A stretch of 64,000 bases of DNA from an uncultured Thermoplasmatales archaeon (GCA_964396185.1 CAYNEI010000001.1:12014-76013), one strand, 5' to 3'; shown: positions 25,342-33,919, counted from the first letter of the stretch. Translations and numbers: made by a program. Notes: generated from the sequence alone by a model not told the origin.

Positions 25342-26733
25342 TCACAAGCCGGGCGTCTCGCAAGCGTCCACGAGGTCATCCAGCTCGAACAGGTGCACGT
25401 CGGAGCGGGCCGCCGCCTCGTCCACCAAGGCATCCTCGAAACCCCCCCGGCTGAACAAGGCGAAGCTCTCCTCGCGCGGTCCACCGCGCTCGGGCGACCA
25501 GCGGACGTGCTCTGCCTTCTGCTCGAGTCGATGGAGATCACGGGTCGAGACCGGAGCGTTCGAGAACTTGCACTCCCCCAGCACGATCTGGTCGCTGCTG
25601 GTCAGGCCCACCACGTCGATCTCGTGCTCCCCGTACCACCAGCGGCCGATGCGCTGGAACGGCACCGCGGCTAGCAGGCGGGGGAGGGCTTGCTGGCAGA
25701 CCCGCTCGAAGGGTTCGGCGGCGTGGTCGGCCATCGCTGGAGCGACGAGTTGCTCGGCGGCGTCGTCGCCCAGCAGGGCGATCTGGCTTCGGTGAGCATG
25801 CACGAAGCGGAACCAGAAGGCCAGAAAGGGGTCGGCGATGCGGTACTGGCCCTTCCGCGAGCGCGCGGGGTCCTCGGTCACCGGGACCTCACGCTCCAGG
25901 ACGCGTGTTCTACAAAGCTTGCGCAGATAGGTGCCCACCGAGGCCGCCTCCACGCCCGCCTTCTGCGCGATCTCGTTCGGCGTGCGCTTCCCCGCGGCCA
26001 CCGCCTGCACGATCGCGAGGTAGGTGGACGGCTGGGCGAACGCCTGTTGCAACAGGAACTCGCCTTCATCGTGCAACAGGGAGCCCGGAGAGAGGATCAG
26101 CGCCTGGACGTTCTCCAGGATCCCCTGGCTTGGATCCACGTGCTCGAGGCTGTGAGGCATGCCACCGAAGACGCTCCAAGCGAGCACCCGGTCCTCGGAG
26201 CTCCATCCCGGCAGGAACCCGCCGGCCTCCCAGAGGGTGAGAGGCGCGAGATCCAGGTTTCCGGTCCTCCGCCCGAACAGGGGGCTTTTGGCGGAAAGCA
26301 CCTCGTCCTCCATGATGCTGAGGCTCGAGCCGACGAGCACGAGGGTGCTGGCGGTCTCTTGGAGCGAGAGGTCCCAGGCCCGCTGGAACGTGGACGGTAC
26401 CGAGGGGTCAGCGGTCACGAGGTAGGGGAACTCGTCGATGATCACGATGCGGTCCTGCTCGCCCAGGCGGGCAAGGATGACCTCCCAATCAAGTCGAAGG
26501 TCGGCCACCTCCGGGACGTGTTCGGCAGCCACCTCCACGAAATCCTCCAGTTGGATCTGGGGGGTGGATTCCCTTGCTTGGTAGTACACAACATCGTCCC
26601 GGCCCCTGATCGATCTCCGGGCCAGCGCACTCTTCCCGACGCGGCGTCGGCCGTAGATCACGAGGAACTCAGCGCGATCGGAGTTGTAGCTCTCGTCGAG
26701 CCAGGCCAGCTCGTCGACCCGGTTGACGAACAT
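25342..26733 (-). CDS. archaeal-type AAA+ ATPase with DUF234-like PD-(D/E)xK C-terminal domain
   Basis: MFVNRVDELAWL..., Walker A GRRRVGKSAL, Walker B VIIDEFP, wHTH-like middle part, C-terminal GRWWYGEHEIDVVGL...LGECKF. Confidence 0.8.
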   Translation of the reverse strand: MFVNRVDELAWLDESYNSDRAEFLVIYGRRRVGKSALARRSIRGRDDVVYYQARESTPQIQLEDFVEVAAEHVPEVADLRLDWEVILARLGEQDRIVIIDEFPYLVTADPSVPSTFQRAWDLSLQETASTLVLVGSSLSIMEDEVLSAKSPLFGRRTGNLDLAPLTLWEAGGFLPGWSSEDRVLAWSVFGGMPHSLEHVDPSQGILENVQALILSPGSLLHDEGEFLLQQAFAQPSTYLAIVQAVAAGKRTPNEIAQKAGVEAASVGTYLRKLCRTRVLEREVPVTEDPARSRKGQYRIADPFLAFWFRFVHAHRSQIALLGDDAAEQLVAPAMADHAAEPFERVCQQALPRLLAAVPFQRIGRWWYGEHEIDVVGLTSSDQIVLGECKFSNAPVSTRDLHRLEQKAEHVRWSPERGGPREESFALFSRGGFEDALVDEAAARSDVHLFELDDLVDACETPGL

Positions 26734-26753
26734 ACTGGAGGATAGGTGAAAAC

Positions 26754-26760
26754 ATATTTA
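26754..26760 (-). promoter_or_regulatory. TATA-like element (TAAATAT on the minus strand) about 24 nt upstream of the ATPase ATG; implies a leaderless mRNA
   Basis: AT-rich block 26745-26795 in the divergent spacer between the ATPase and the SAMP-like gene. Confidence 0.4.
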
Positions 26761-26891
26761 GTGTTTTTCGATTCTCTAAATCCATTTTCAGATGTTGACG
26801 AGAGTGGGGCTTTGCTGCAGGAGGGCGCGCCTGGGGAGCGCCCTTCCATAGCGCGACCCGAAACGTCCTTGTCCCCCATCCCGCTGTCCTC

Positions 26892-27107
26892 GTGATGCCT
26901 CCCATCCAGCTCCGGTTCCACGGCTTATCCATGGACGAGGAGACGATCGAGCCCGCCGATGGGACCACGTTCGAGGATCTGCTCCGCGAGCGCGACATCC
27001 ACCCCGAGACCGTGCTCGTGTTCTGCAACGACCAGGTGGTCCCTCACGAGCAGACCGTGCCCGCCGGTGCCGAGGTGCGTGTCATGCGCATCATCAGCGG
27101 TGGGTAG
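26892..27107 (+). CDS. ubiquitin-fold small archaeal modifier / ThiS-MoaD family protein ending in Gly-Gly
   Basis: 71-aa ORF ...FCNDQVVPHEQTVPAGAEVRVMRIISGG followed directly by a stop. Length and pattern fit a beta-grasp sulfur carrier or SAMP. Confidence 0.7.
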   Translation: MMPPIQLRFHGLSMDEETIEPADGTTFEDLLRERDIHPETVLVFCNDQVVPHEQTVPAGAEVRVMRIISGG

Positions 27108-27236
27108 GACCAACAGATCCCCGTGCACCCGACGCGCCCGGTCGCCCGTCTTGCGCGGCCCAGCCGCGCACCTGAGCGGCCAAGGCTCCGGGCGGCGCCC
27201 GCACCCTTTTAATCACAGGCCCTCCTGGCCAGCCTA

Positions 27237-28193
27237 GTGTCCGAGCGACTCGTGCGAGCCCAGGCCGACACAGACAGCGCCCATGGCTGCGTGCCCTCCC
27301 AGCGGCCGGTGAGTGAGCTGGTGCGCACGGGCTGCATCGTGCTCGACAAGCCCAAGGGCCCCTCGAGCCACCAGGTGGCCACCTGGGTGCGCGACATCTT
27401 CGGCGTGGACAAAGCCGGGCACGCGGGCACACTGGACCCCAACGTGACCGGTGTTCTGCCTATGGGGCTCTCGGATGCCACCAAGGCGTTGGCGGCTCTC
27501 AAGGATGCCGACAAGGCCTACGTCGGCGTCATGGTGCTCCACGACGACGTGGAGGACAAGGCGCTCGAGGAGGCCTTCACCCGGTTCACCGGCGAGATCT
27601 ACCAGCGCCCACCCAAGCGCAGCGCCGTCAAGCGCGAGCTGCGCACCCGGCGCATCGAGTCGCTGGAGCTGCTCGAGGTGGACGAGCGCAGCGTGCTCTT
27701 CAAGGTGGACTGCCAGGGCGGCACCTACATCCGCAAGCTGGCCACGGACATGGGCACGTACCTGGGCGTGGGCGCGCACTTGGCCGAGCTTCGGCGCACG
27801 CGCGTGGGCCACGTCACCGAGGACCAGGTCGTCAACCTGCACGCCGTCCAGGACGGCTGGGACGAGTGGACCGACGAGAAGCGCGACGACTGGCTGCGCG
27901 AGACCGTGGTCCCCATGGAGAGCTTCCTCTCGGGGCTGCCCAAGATCATCGTGCGGGACAGCGCCGTGGATGCCGTCTGCCACGGTGCTCCGCTGGCGGT
28001 GCCTGGTGTGCTCGAGGTCACGCGCTCGCTGGAGGCCGGGCAGACCTGCGTGCTCGAGACGCTCAAGGGCGAGGCCATCGCGCTGGCCAGAAGCGAGCTC
28101 AACGCGCTGCAGATGATGATGGCCGAGAGCGGCGTGGTGGCCAAGGCCGAGCGGACGCTGATGGAGCCTGGTGTTTACCCACGTGGCTGGTAG
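27237..28193 (+). CDS. cbf5: tRNA/rRNA pseudouridine synthase Cbf5 (H/ACA RNP catalytic subunit, TruB family with PUA domain)
   Basis: 318-aa ORF. LDKPKGPSSHQV, GHAGTLDPNVTGVLP, YIRKL. C-terminal PUA-like region VRDSAVDAVCHGAPLAVPGV. Confidence 0.9.
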   Translation: MSERLVRAQADTDSAHGCVPSQRPVSELVRTGCIVLDKPKGPSSHQVATWVRDIFGVDKAGHAGTLDPNVTGVLPMGLSDATKALAALKDADKAYVGVMVLHDDVEDKALEEAFTRFTGEIYQRPPKRSAVKRELRTRRIESLELLEVDERSVLFKVDCQGGTYIRKLATDMGTYLGVGAHLAELRRTRVGHVTEDQVVNLHAVQDGWDEWTDEKRDDWLRETVVPMESFLSGLPKIIVRDSAVDAVCHGAPLAVPGVLEVTRSLEAGQTCVLETLKGEAIALARSELNALQMMMAESGVVAKAERTLMEPGVYPRGW

Positions 28194-28232
28194 AGACCGG
28201 CCGCGAGCCCAGCTCGCGGTGGCCCGGGCGCG

Positions 28233-29009
28233 TCACCGGCGCTGCTGGGGTTCCCGGTAGAGCAGCTCCTCGTCGCTGCGCTTCTCTTCCTGGTACTCCT
28301 TGATGAACTCGGCCGGCACGCCGCCGTAGGCCGTGTTGGCTGGGATCTCGGTGTTCTTGGTGACGAACGAGAGGGCACCGATGGACCCGTTGCGGCCCAC
28401 CTTGACGCCTGGCGAGACGATGCTCCCGGTGCCGATGGTGGCCCCCTGCTCGAAGACGACAGGCGCGGCTTTGACCTTGCCTCCTTCGACCAGGTGCGCG
28501 CTGAGCTGGGCCTTGCCACCGATGACCACATGGTCGCCCATGGTGAACAGGTTGATGTCGTAGATCGCAGCGGTGTTGATGTGGACGCCCTTGCCGATCT
28601 TGGCGCCCATGCCGCGCATGTACCAGCGCCAGATGGGCGTGGCTCGGAAGAGCTCGCCGCAGATGACTCTGACCACGTGGGCCACGACGTTGTACTTCAC
28701 CCAGCCGAGCACCTCGGGTCCCAGCTCCTCAAGCGAGTGCTCTCCTGAGGGGGTGCGCCAGCGGAGCAGGCGGCAGGCTGCCGCGGTGAGCGCCATGAGC
28801 GCGCAGCTGAAGATGATGTAGGCGGGGGCCACGCTGACAGCCAACATGGCGGTGCGCACGATCACCGGCGCGCCGATCTCCAAGCTGGCCACCCACTGCC
28901 AGAACGTGATGGCGGGCAGGGCGGCCAACCCGAACACGAGGCTCTCCACGGCGAGGATGGCCAGCACGGTCCACGTGACGCGCAGGCCCTTGACGAGCTT
29001 GGAGGCCAC
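28233..29009 (-). CDS. membrane-anchored hexapeptide-repeat (left-handed beta-helix) acyl/acetyltransferase
   Basis: 258-aa ORF. About 4 N-terminal TM segments, then hexapeptide repeats GAKIGKGVHINTAAIY...MGDHVVIGGKAQL...GATIGTGSIVSPGVKVGRNGSIGALSFV. Confidence 0.7.
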   Translation of the reverse strand: MASKLVKGLRVTWTVLAILAVESLVFGLAALPAITFWQWVASLEIGAPVIVRTAMLAVSVAPAYIIFSCALMALTAAACRLLRWRTPSGEHSLEELGPEVLGWVKYNVVAHVVRVICGELFRATPIWRWYMRGMGAKIGKGVHINTAAIYDINLFTMGDHVVIGGKAQLSAHLVEGGKVKAAPVVFEQGATIGTGSIVSPGVKVGRNGSIGALSFVTKNTEIPANTAYGGVPAEFIKEYQEEKRSDEELLYREPQQRR

Positions 29010-29011
29010 GA

Positions 29012-29731
29012 TCAGGCCTCCTCTTCCAGGGAGAGGGCGTGTTGGCGGGTGCGAGCGATCTCGAGCAGGCGGCCGATCTCGTCCATGATCTCATCGGTCA
29101 CCTTGCGACAACTCCCCCGGTCCGTGGCCAGCTCAGCCATGCCCTCGTAGGCCCGGGGCTTGCCGGTGGCCAGCACCAGCGGCTCGTCCAGATGAGGCAC
29201 GCGGGCGTGCTTGGGGAGCACGTGGTAGCTGGTCATGGCGATGGGGACCACCGGGGCGCCCGTGCGCATGGCCACCCGGGCCACGCCGGTGCGGCCTCGG
29301 CGCAGCGTGCCGTCCAGCGAGCGAGATCCCTCCGGGAAGATGCCGGCGACCCTTCCTTCGTTGACGCGGCGCACGGTGGCCTCCACGGCGGCCTGGTTCC
29401 CGCCGGAGACGCGGTCGACCTTGATGCCGCCGGCCTTGGAGAAGAAGAAGTCCGTGACGGGGTGGCGGAAGAGGTCGGCCTTGGCCATCCAGTGCACCGG
29501 CCGGTCGAACACGGAGCCGATGAACACCGGGTCGAAGTAGGAGGCGTGGTTGGCCGCCAGGATCACGCCGCCCTGCTGGGGCAGGCGGTCCTTGCCGAGG
29601 ACCTCGATGTTGAAGCCCTCGCGCACCCAGGGGCTGGCCAGGCGCTTGATGGTCCCCTGGATCGGGACCTCCTCCCACTCCTGGCTCTGCCCTCGGCCAA
29701 GAAGGCGGTCGAGCCACTGGAACCGACCCAT
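29012..29731 (-). CDS. 1-acyl-sn-glycerol-3-phosphate acyltransferase-like (PlsC/LPLAT family)
   Basis: Homology starts at the Met at 29731 (MGRFQWLDRL...) of track ORF 29012..30181. Motif I ANHASYFDP, FPEGSRS, and a GAPVVPIA block. Only 2 nt separate it from the downstream hexapeptide transferase gene. Confidence 0.75.
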   Translation of the reverse strand: MGRFQWLDRLLGRGQSQEWEEVPIQGTIKRLASPWVREGFNIEVLGKDRLPQQGGVILAANHASYFDPVFIGSVFDRPVHWMAKADLFRHPVTDFFFSKAGGIKVDRVSGGNQAAVEATVRRVNEGRVAGIFPEGSRSLDGTLRRGRTGVARVAMRTGAPVVPIAMTSYHVLPKHARVPHLDEPLVLATGKPRAYEGMAELATDRGSCRKVTDEIMDEIGRLLEIARTRQHALSLEEEA

Positions 29732-29769
29732 CGGGCCTGGATGCGAGACCCCGTTCAAGAAGGTTCGTT

Positions 29770-30426
29770 CTACCCAACAGCCGGATCCGGATCGCTTGGA
29801 AGATCCAAATCCCGCCCGAAGACATCGCCGATCTTCGCAGCCGCGGCCTGCCTGCGGGCTCCGTGGAACTCTGAGAGCAGGTCGATGACTTCTTGCCACG
29901 AGATGTCGTTGCCGAGGGCGCGCCGCAGCTCGTGGAGATCGCCTGCGTATTTGGCTGCCGCACCGACCTGCCCCTTCCCTGTGCAATCCCCGTACGCGAT
30001 GGCTTTCATCGCGAGGATGTGCTCCGCGATGGCCGTGGGGCCGATGGCCGTCTCGACGGCATGTTCCTGGATGCGTCTGGCAGCACCGGATGGGATCATC
30101 CCTTCGTCGGGTGTGATCACGTCGACTTCCCAAAGGATGTCCCCCACCTCGTCGAGGTTCACCAGCGCTACGGTCCCCCACCCCTTCTCTCGGATGTCGA
30201 GTCCCTCATCGGTCGCGATACGCTTGAGCATCACCCGGACCTCGTCGATGGTGAGGTCGTAGGCAGCCAGTGCATCCGCGTCCTTGGTCGACCGTTCGTA
30301 GAGCTCGAGCCCCACGACCGCTGTGCTTCCCACGAAGACCACCGGGAGGCCCTGCTCGGAGAACAGCTCGCGCATACGCACGGCGAGTTCCCGCTGTTCA
30401 GACCCGTCAAGCATGCGTCTCATCAT
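29770..30426 (-). CDS. minimal nucleotidyltransferase-fold protein (MNT/DUF6036-like)
   Basis: 218-aa ORF. G-S-x(n)-D-x-D pattern in VFVGSTAVVGLELYERSTKDADAL, followed by a helical C-terminal part. Confidence 0.55.
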   Translation of the reverse strand: MMRRMLDGSEQRELAVRMRELFSEQGLPVVFVGSTAVVGLELYERSTKDADALAAYDLTIDEVRVMLKRIATDEGLDIREKGWGTVALVNLDEVGDILWEVDVITPDEGMIPSGAARRIQEHAVETAIGPTAIAEHILAMKAIAYGDCTGKGQVGAAAKYAGDLHELRRALGNDISWQEVIDLLSEFHGARRQAAAAKIGDVFGRDLDLPSDPDPAVG

Positions 30427-31321
30427 CGTACCCTCCGGAGAGTCCCTCCGGGTCGCCTGGCGGCTGGTCCAGCACCGCCATGGAGTGCTGCCTGCTGGCC
30501 GTCTCCCAGAACCCCCGGAGCCACTCCGGGAAGACGACGGTGTTGGGATGGATCGCCTTGATCGGTGGGCTCTCCGGGTAGAGGCGCCTTGCTTGGCTCA
30601 GAACTTGGTCGTAAGCGATGGTGAGGGGAGCGCATGCCTGCTTGGATGCCTCGACGAACCGGGGGTCCAAGGTGGCAGTGAGGAGCGCGAGACCGATCTG
30701 TGGGTTGAGCGTTGGAACAGTGTCACGGCTCCCAGCTTGCGACGCGTCGGGTTCCCCTGAGGGCACCGGTTGCTCAGAGACTTCGTTGGTCGAGAGCCGG
30801 TACCACATCACCTCGGGGTAGGGTGGGTGAGATCGGTTCTTGAGTCGCTCGTCCGGTGTAAGCACGGGGATGGCTCGATTGATGGCTACGTTGAGGTTGC
30901 GCCGGATCGGTAGGCAAGCGAATGCCCAGTTTCGTTCGCCCCTCAGGGAGAGGATATCCTGGTAGAGGAGCAGGGATCTGCGATAGCTGCTGGGTTCGAC
31001 GAGCAGCTGGCCGAACGTGATCCGGCGCGGGATGGCGTAATCGTCGTAACCTGCATGCAGGACAAGCCCGTGATCGGTCAGTTCCCGCAGGTACCCCTTC
31101 ACGGTGGGCTTGGATCGGTCTGCAGCCTGGCAGAACGCCGCGAGAGAAACCCTGGGGTGTCCATAACCGGTGGCATCGATGAGGCCGAGGGCAGGGCGGG
31201 GGACCGAGAGCGCAGGTTGACCGAACGGGGCCATCAGCTCCACTGTTTGCACGCCACCGTATTTAAAACGTGCGCAAAGTATGGGCATATCCATCTTTTC
31301 CAGAAGTATGGAAAATCTCAC
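30407..31321 (-). CDS. hypothetical protein with N-terminal winged-helix DNA-binding region
   Basis: 304-aa ORF. VSLAAFCQAADRSKPTVKGYLRELTDHGLV resembles a wHTH recognition region. Its 5' end is low-GC. It overlaps the downstream NTase-fold gene by 20 nt. The start is uncertain (several Met codons in the first 30). Confidence 0.5.
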   Translation of the reverse strand: MRFSILLEKMDMPILCARFKYGGVQTVELMAPFGQPALSVPRPALGLIDATGYGHPRVSLAAFCQAADRSKPTVKGYLRELTDHGLVLHAGYDDYAIPRRITFGQLLVEPSSYRRSLLLYQDILSLRGERNWAFACLPIRRNLNVAINRAIPVLTPDERLKNRSHPPYPEVMWYRLSTNEVSEQPVPSGEPDASQAGSRDTVPTLNPQIGLALLTATLDPRFVEASKQACAPLTIAYDQVLSQARRLYPESPPIKAIHPNTVVFPEWLRGFWETASRQHSMAVLDQPPGDPEGLSGGYDDETHA

Positions 31322-31511
31322 CTTTCTACTGTCTCGGTAGGCAGCGCCATCTGATTCGGCTGCTTCCCGGAGGCAGTGGTCGTGCGCTCGTTGGGTTACG
31401 GTGCGCCGGTGGTTCCTTCATGGATCCAGCCGATCGCCTCGGTCGGTACATGCGTTGAGGCAGGGTGGATGGAAGTTCCGGTCGAGGTTCGCACAGGAGG
31501 TCTGATCCTGT

Positions 31512-32708
31512 TCATCCCTCTCCCGAGCTCCGCTCGGAGCGCCTATCCCCGTCCCCCGGCTCCCCACCTTCACCCTGGCTCTGGCCGGATGGAGCCTCCA
31601 TGCGCATGGAGGCGAGCTGGCTCAAGATCTCATCCACCTCGCGGGCGTGCTGGATCTCGAGCTCCTGGCGTTGCTCGAGGTAGATCCGGATGAACGTCAT
31701 GAGCATGGCCAGCACGAGCGGGCCCACGAGGAAGCCCATGAAGCCGAAGGCGATCAGGCCGCCGATCGCGCCCAGCAGGGCCAGGGTCGGGTGCATGCCG
31801 GAGCGCTCGGCCATGATCTTGGGCTTGATCACGTTGTCGATGGTGGAGACCAACACCGCACCCCAGAGCAGCACCCCGATGCCGCTGCCGGTCGATCCCG
31901 TGACGATGAGGATGATGCCTGCCGGGAGCCACACGATGGGCGCTCCGACCACCGGGAGCAGGGAGAGCACGGCGGTCACGAAGCCCCAGAGCACCGGTGC
32001 TGGGACGCCGAAGACCCAGAACCCGACACCCATGAGCGCCCCCTGGATGGCAGCAGTGGCGACTTGGCCGAACACCACCGCATCCAGCGAGTTGGCCATC
32101 TCGTCGATGATGCGTTGCTCGGTGGAGCGCTGGAGGGGAAGCAAGTCCTCGATGAAGTCGATGAACCGGTCCCCATCGCGCAGCGCGTAGTAGCCGATGA
32201 AGAGCACCACGGTCACACCGAGGCCGAACTGCGCGAGGAAGATGGGGGCGTTGGGCAACCAGCCGAGCACGGCCCCTCTCGCGCGCGGGACGACCTCCTC
32301 GATGACCGCGTCGGCCACCGTCTGGTTCTCGCTGACCTGGGGCCAGCCGAAGTACTCGCGTGTGAGGTTGCCAGCGCTCTCGGCCATGCCCTGGACCTCG
32401 TCCACCGTGACCTGTTGAGCAAGCCCCTGGGTCTGGAGCACGAGCTCGTAGCCGATGTAGCCCATGGGCACGATGACGGCCAGGATGAGGATGATGAGCG
32501 CGAGGCTGGCAGCCACGGCCCGGTGCGGGATATGCTTGTGCAGCCAGCGGAACACCGGGTAGCCCAGGTAGCCCACGAGCAGGCCCCCGAGGATGAAGGG
32601 CCAGAGGGGGGCCACGATGAAGAACGAGAGGACGGCCAGGACACCCAAGAGGATGTAGAGGCTCGGATGGATCCTCGACGTCGGGAGCTCGGCCATCCGC
32701 TTGGCCAA
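31512..32708 (-). CDS. AI-2E family transporter (PerM/UPF0118 permease)
   Basis: 398-aa polytopic membrane ORF with the family layout: N-terminal TM pair, long loop, a cluster of C-terminal TMs (GAPIVWLPAGIIL..., NVIKPKIM), and an acidic cytosolic tail. Confidence 0.75.
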   Translation of the reverse strand: MAKRMAELPTSRIHPSLYILLGVLAVLSFFIVAPLWPFILGGLLVGYLGYPVFRWLHKHIPHRAVAASLALIILILAVIVPMGYIGYELVLQTQGLAQQVTVDEVQGMAESAGNLTREYFGWPQVSENQTVADAVIEEVVPRARGAVLGWLPNAPIFLAQFGLGVTVVLFIGYYALRDGDRFIDFIEDLLPLQRSTEQRIIDEMANSLDAVVFGQVATAAIQGALMGVGFWVFGVPAPVLWGFVTAVLSLLPVVGAPIVWLPAGIILIVTGSTGSGIGVLLWGAVLVSTIDNVIKPKIMAERSGMHPTLALLGAIGGLIAFGFMGFLVGPLVLAMLMTFIRIYLEQRQELEIQHAREVDEILSQLASMRMEAPSGQSQGEGGEPGDGDRRSERSSGEG

Positions 32709-32819
32709 GGCGGGTTGTTGGTTATGAACCCTGCCGGTTCGCTACAGCGGGGGCAGCGTTGCCTGCGTTGCATGTCGTGACGCCACCCTTTATGACGGTG
32801 CGCCCCTACATCAGGCCCG

Positions 32820-33482
32820 ATGCCTGCTCCGTCGGCGCCAGGACGGCGCACCGGTCGGCTCGTCGTCCTCGATGGGATCGACGGCGCCGGCAAGACCACC
32901 GTGGCCGAGCGGATCGAGCGGGAGCTGGACGCCCAGGGGATCGAGCTCACGCGCACACGCGAGCCGACTCAGAGCCAGGCGGGCCAAGCGGTGCGAGCGA
33001 TCCTCTCGGACCCGGATCATGACCCGGTGAGCGAGGCGCTGCTCTTCGCGGCAGACCACGCCACCCACACGGCCTGGCTGCGCGAGCAGTTGTCCGAAGG
33101 CAAGCTCGTGCTCTCGGACCGCTACTCGACCTCGTGGCTGGTCTACCAGTCGTTGACGCTCGGATCCATCTGGCCCAAGCAGAGCACCATGAGCCCCCGG
33201 GAGTGGCTGGACCACGTGGTGGCCCCCTTCGAGCTCTCCCCGGATCTCGTGCTGTTGCTCGACCTCCCTGTGGAGGCGGCCATGGATCGCATGGGGGGAC
33301 GAGGCGAGCAGGCCGAGAAGTTCGAGGAGGCTGCCTTCCTCGAAGAGGTGCGTGAGGCCTACCTGGAGCTGGCCAGGGAGCGGGGCTTCGTGACCATCGA
33401 TGCCACCGGGTCCCCGGAGGCCACGGCACGAGCGTGCCTGGAGCCCATCCTCGAGCTCATCCAGGAGGGACGTGCACCGTGA
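32820..33482 (+). CDS. tmk: thymidylate kinase
   Basis: 220-aa ORF. LDGIDGAGKTT P-loop, TREP, DRY motif (SDRYSTS). Confidence 0.9.
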   Translation: MPAPSAPGRRTGRLVVLDGIDGAGKTTVAERIERELDAQGIELTRTREPTQSQAGQAVRAILSDPDHDPVSEALLFAADHATHTAWLREQLSEGKLVLSDRYSTSWLVYQSLTLGSIWPKQSTMSPREWLDHVVAPFELSPDLVLLLDLPVEAAMDRMGGRGEQAEKFEEAAFLEEVREAYLELARERGFVTIDATGSPEATARACLEPILELIQEGRAP

Positions 33483-33919
33483 AGCTGCCGGGCCCGCCCA
33501 AGCTCTGGCTCAACGTCGGCATCCTCATCGCCTTGGTCGGCGTCGTCGTGGGTGGGTACGCCTACACGGGCGATCGGGCCTACGAGATCGAGTTCGTGGC
33601 CGTGGCGTTCTTAGGCTTCCTGTTGCTCGTGCTCGGGAGCTGGATGGCCGGATGGGCACAGGCCCAGCGCCCGCGCCTGGGCGCTGCACGCGAACGCGAC
33701 GATGACGAGGACAACGAGGAGCGAGGCAAGCCCTCCCTGACCGAGCGCCTCAAGGCCGCGCTCCCAGGCCGCTCGGGCACCGGGACGGCGATGCAGGCCC
33801 AGGTTGCCTGTCCATCGTGTCGAGCGGTTTTCGAGACCGAGGGCTCGCCACCGTTCCAGGCCACATGCCCGGAGTGCGGGCACGAGGACCGCGTCGAGCG
33901 GCCCCAGCCCGCTGGCTAA
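33479..33919 (+). CDS. membrane protein with C-terminal MJ0042-type zinc ribbon
   Basis: GTG at 33479 overlaps the tmk stop (GTGA). Two TM helices, a charged linker, then VACPSCRAVFETEGSPPFQATCPECGHEDRV. Same architecture as 17089..17802. Confidence 0.6.
   Translation: MKLPGPPKLWLNVGILIALVGVVVGGYAYTGDRAYEIEFVAVAFLGFLLLVLGSWMAGWAQAQRPRLGAARERDDDEDNEERGKPSLTERLKAALPGRSGTGTAMQAQVACPSCRAVFETEGSPPFQATCPECGHEDRVERPQPAG

Noticed and set aside
29732-30181. 150-codon 5' extension of the PlsC-like ORF (29012..30181).
   Set aside because: It overlaps the NTase-fold gene in another frame, is Arg/His/Gly-rich without motifs, and the acyltransferase homology starts at the Met at 29731.
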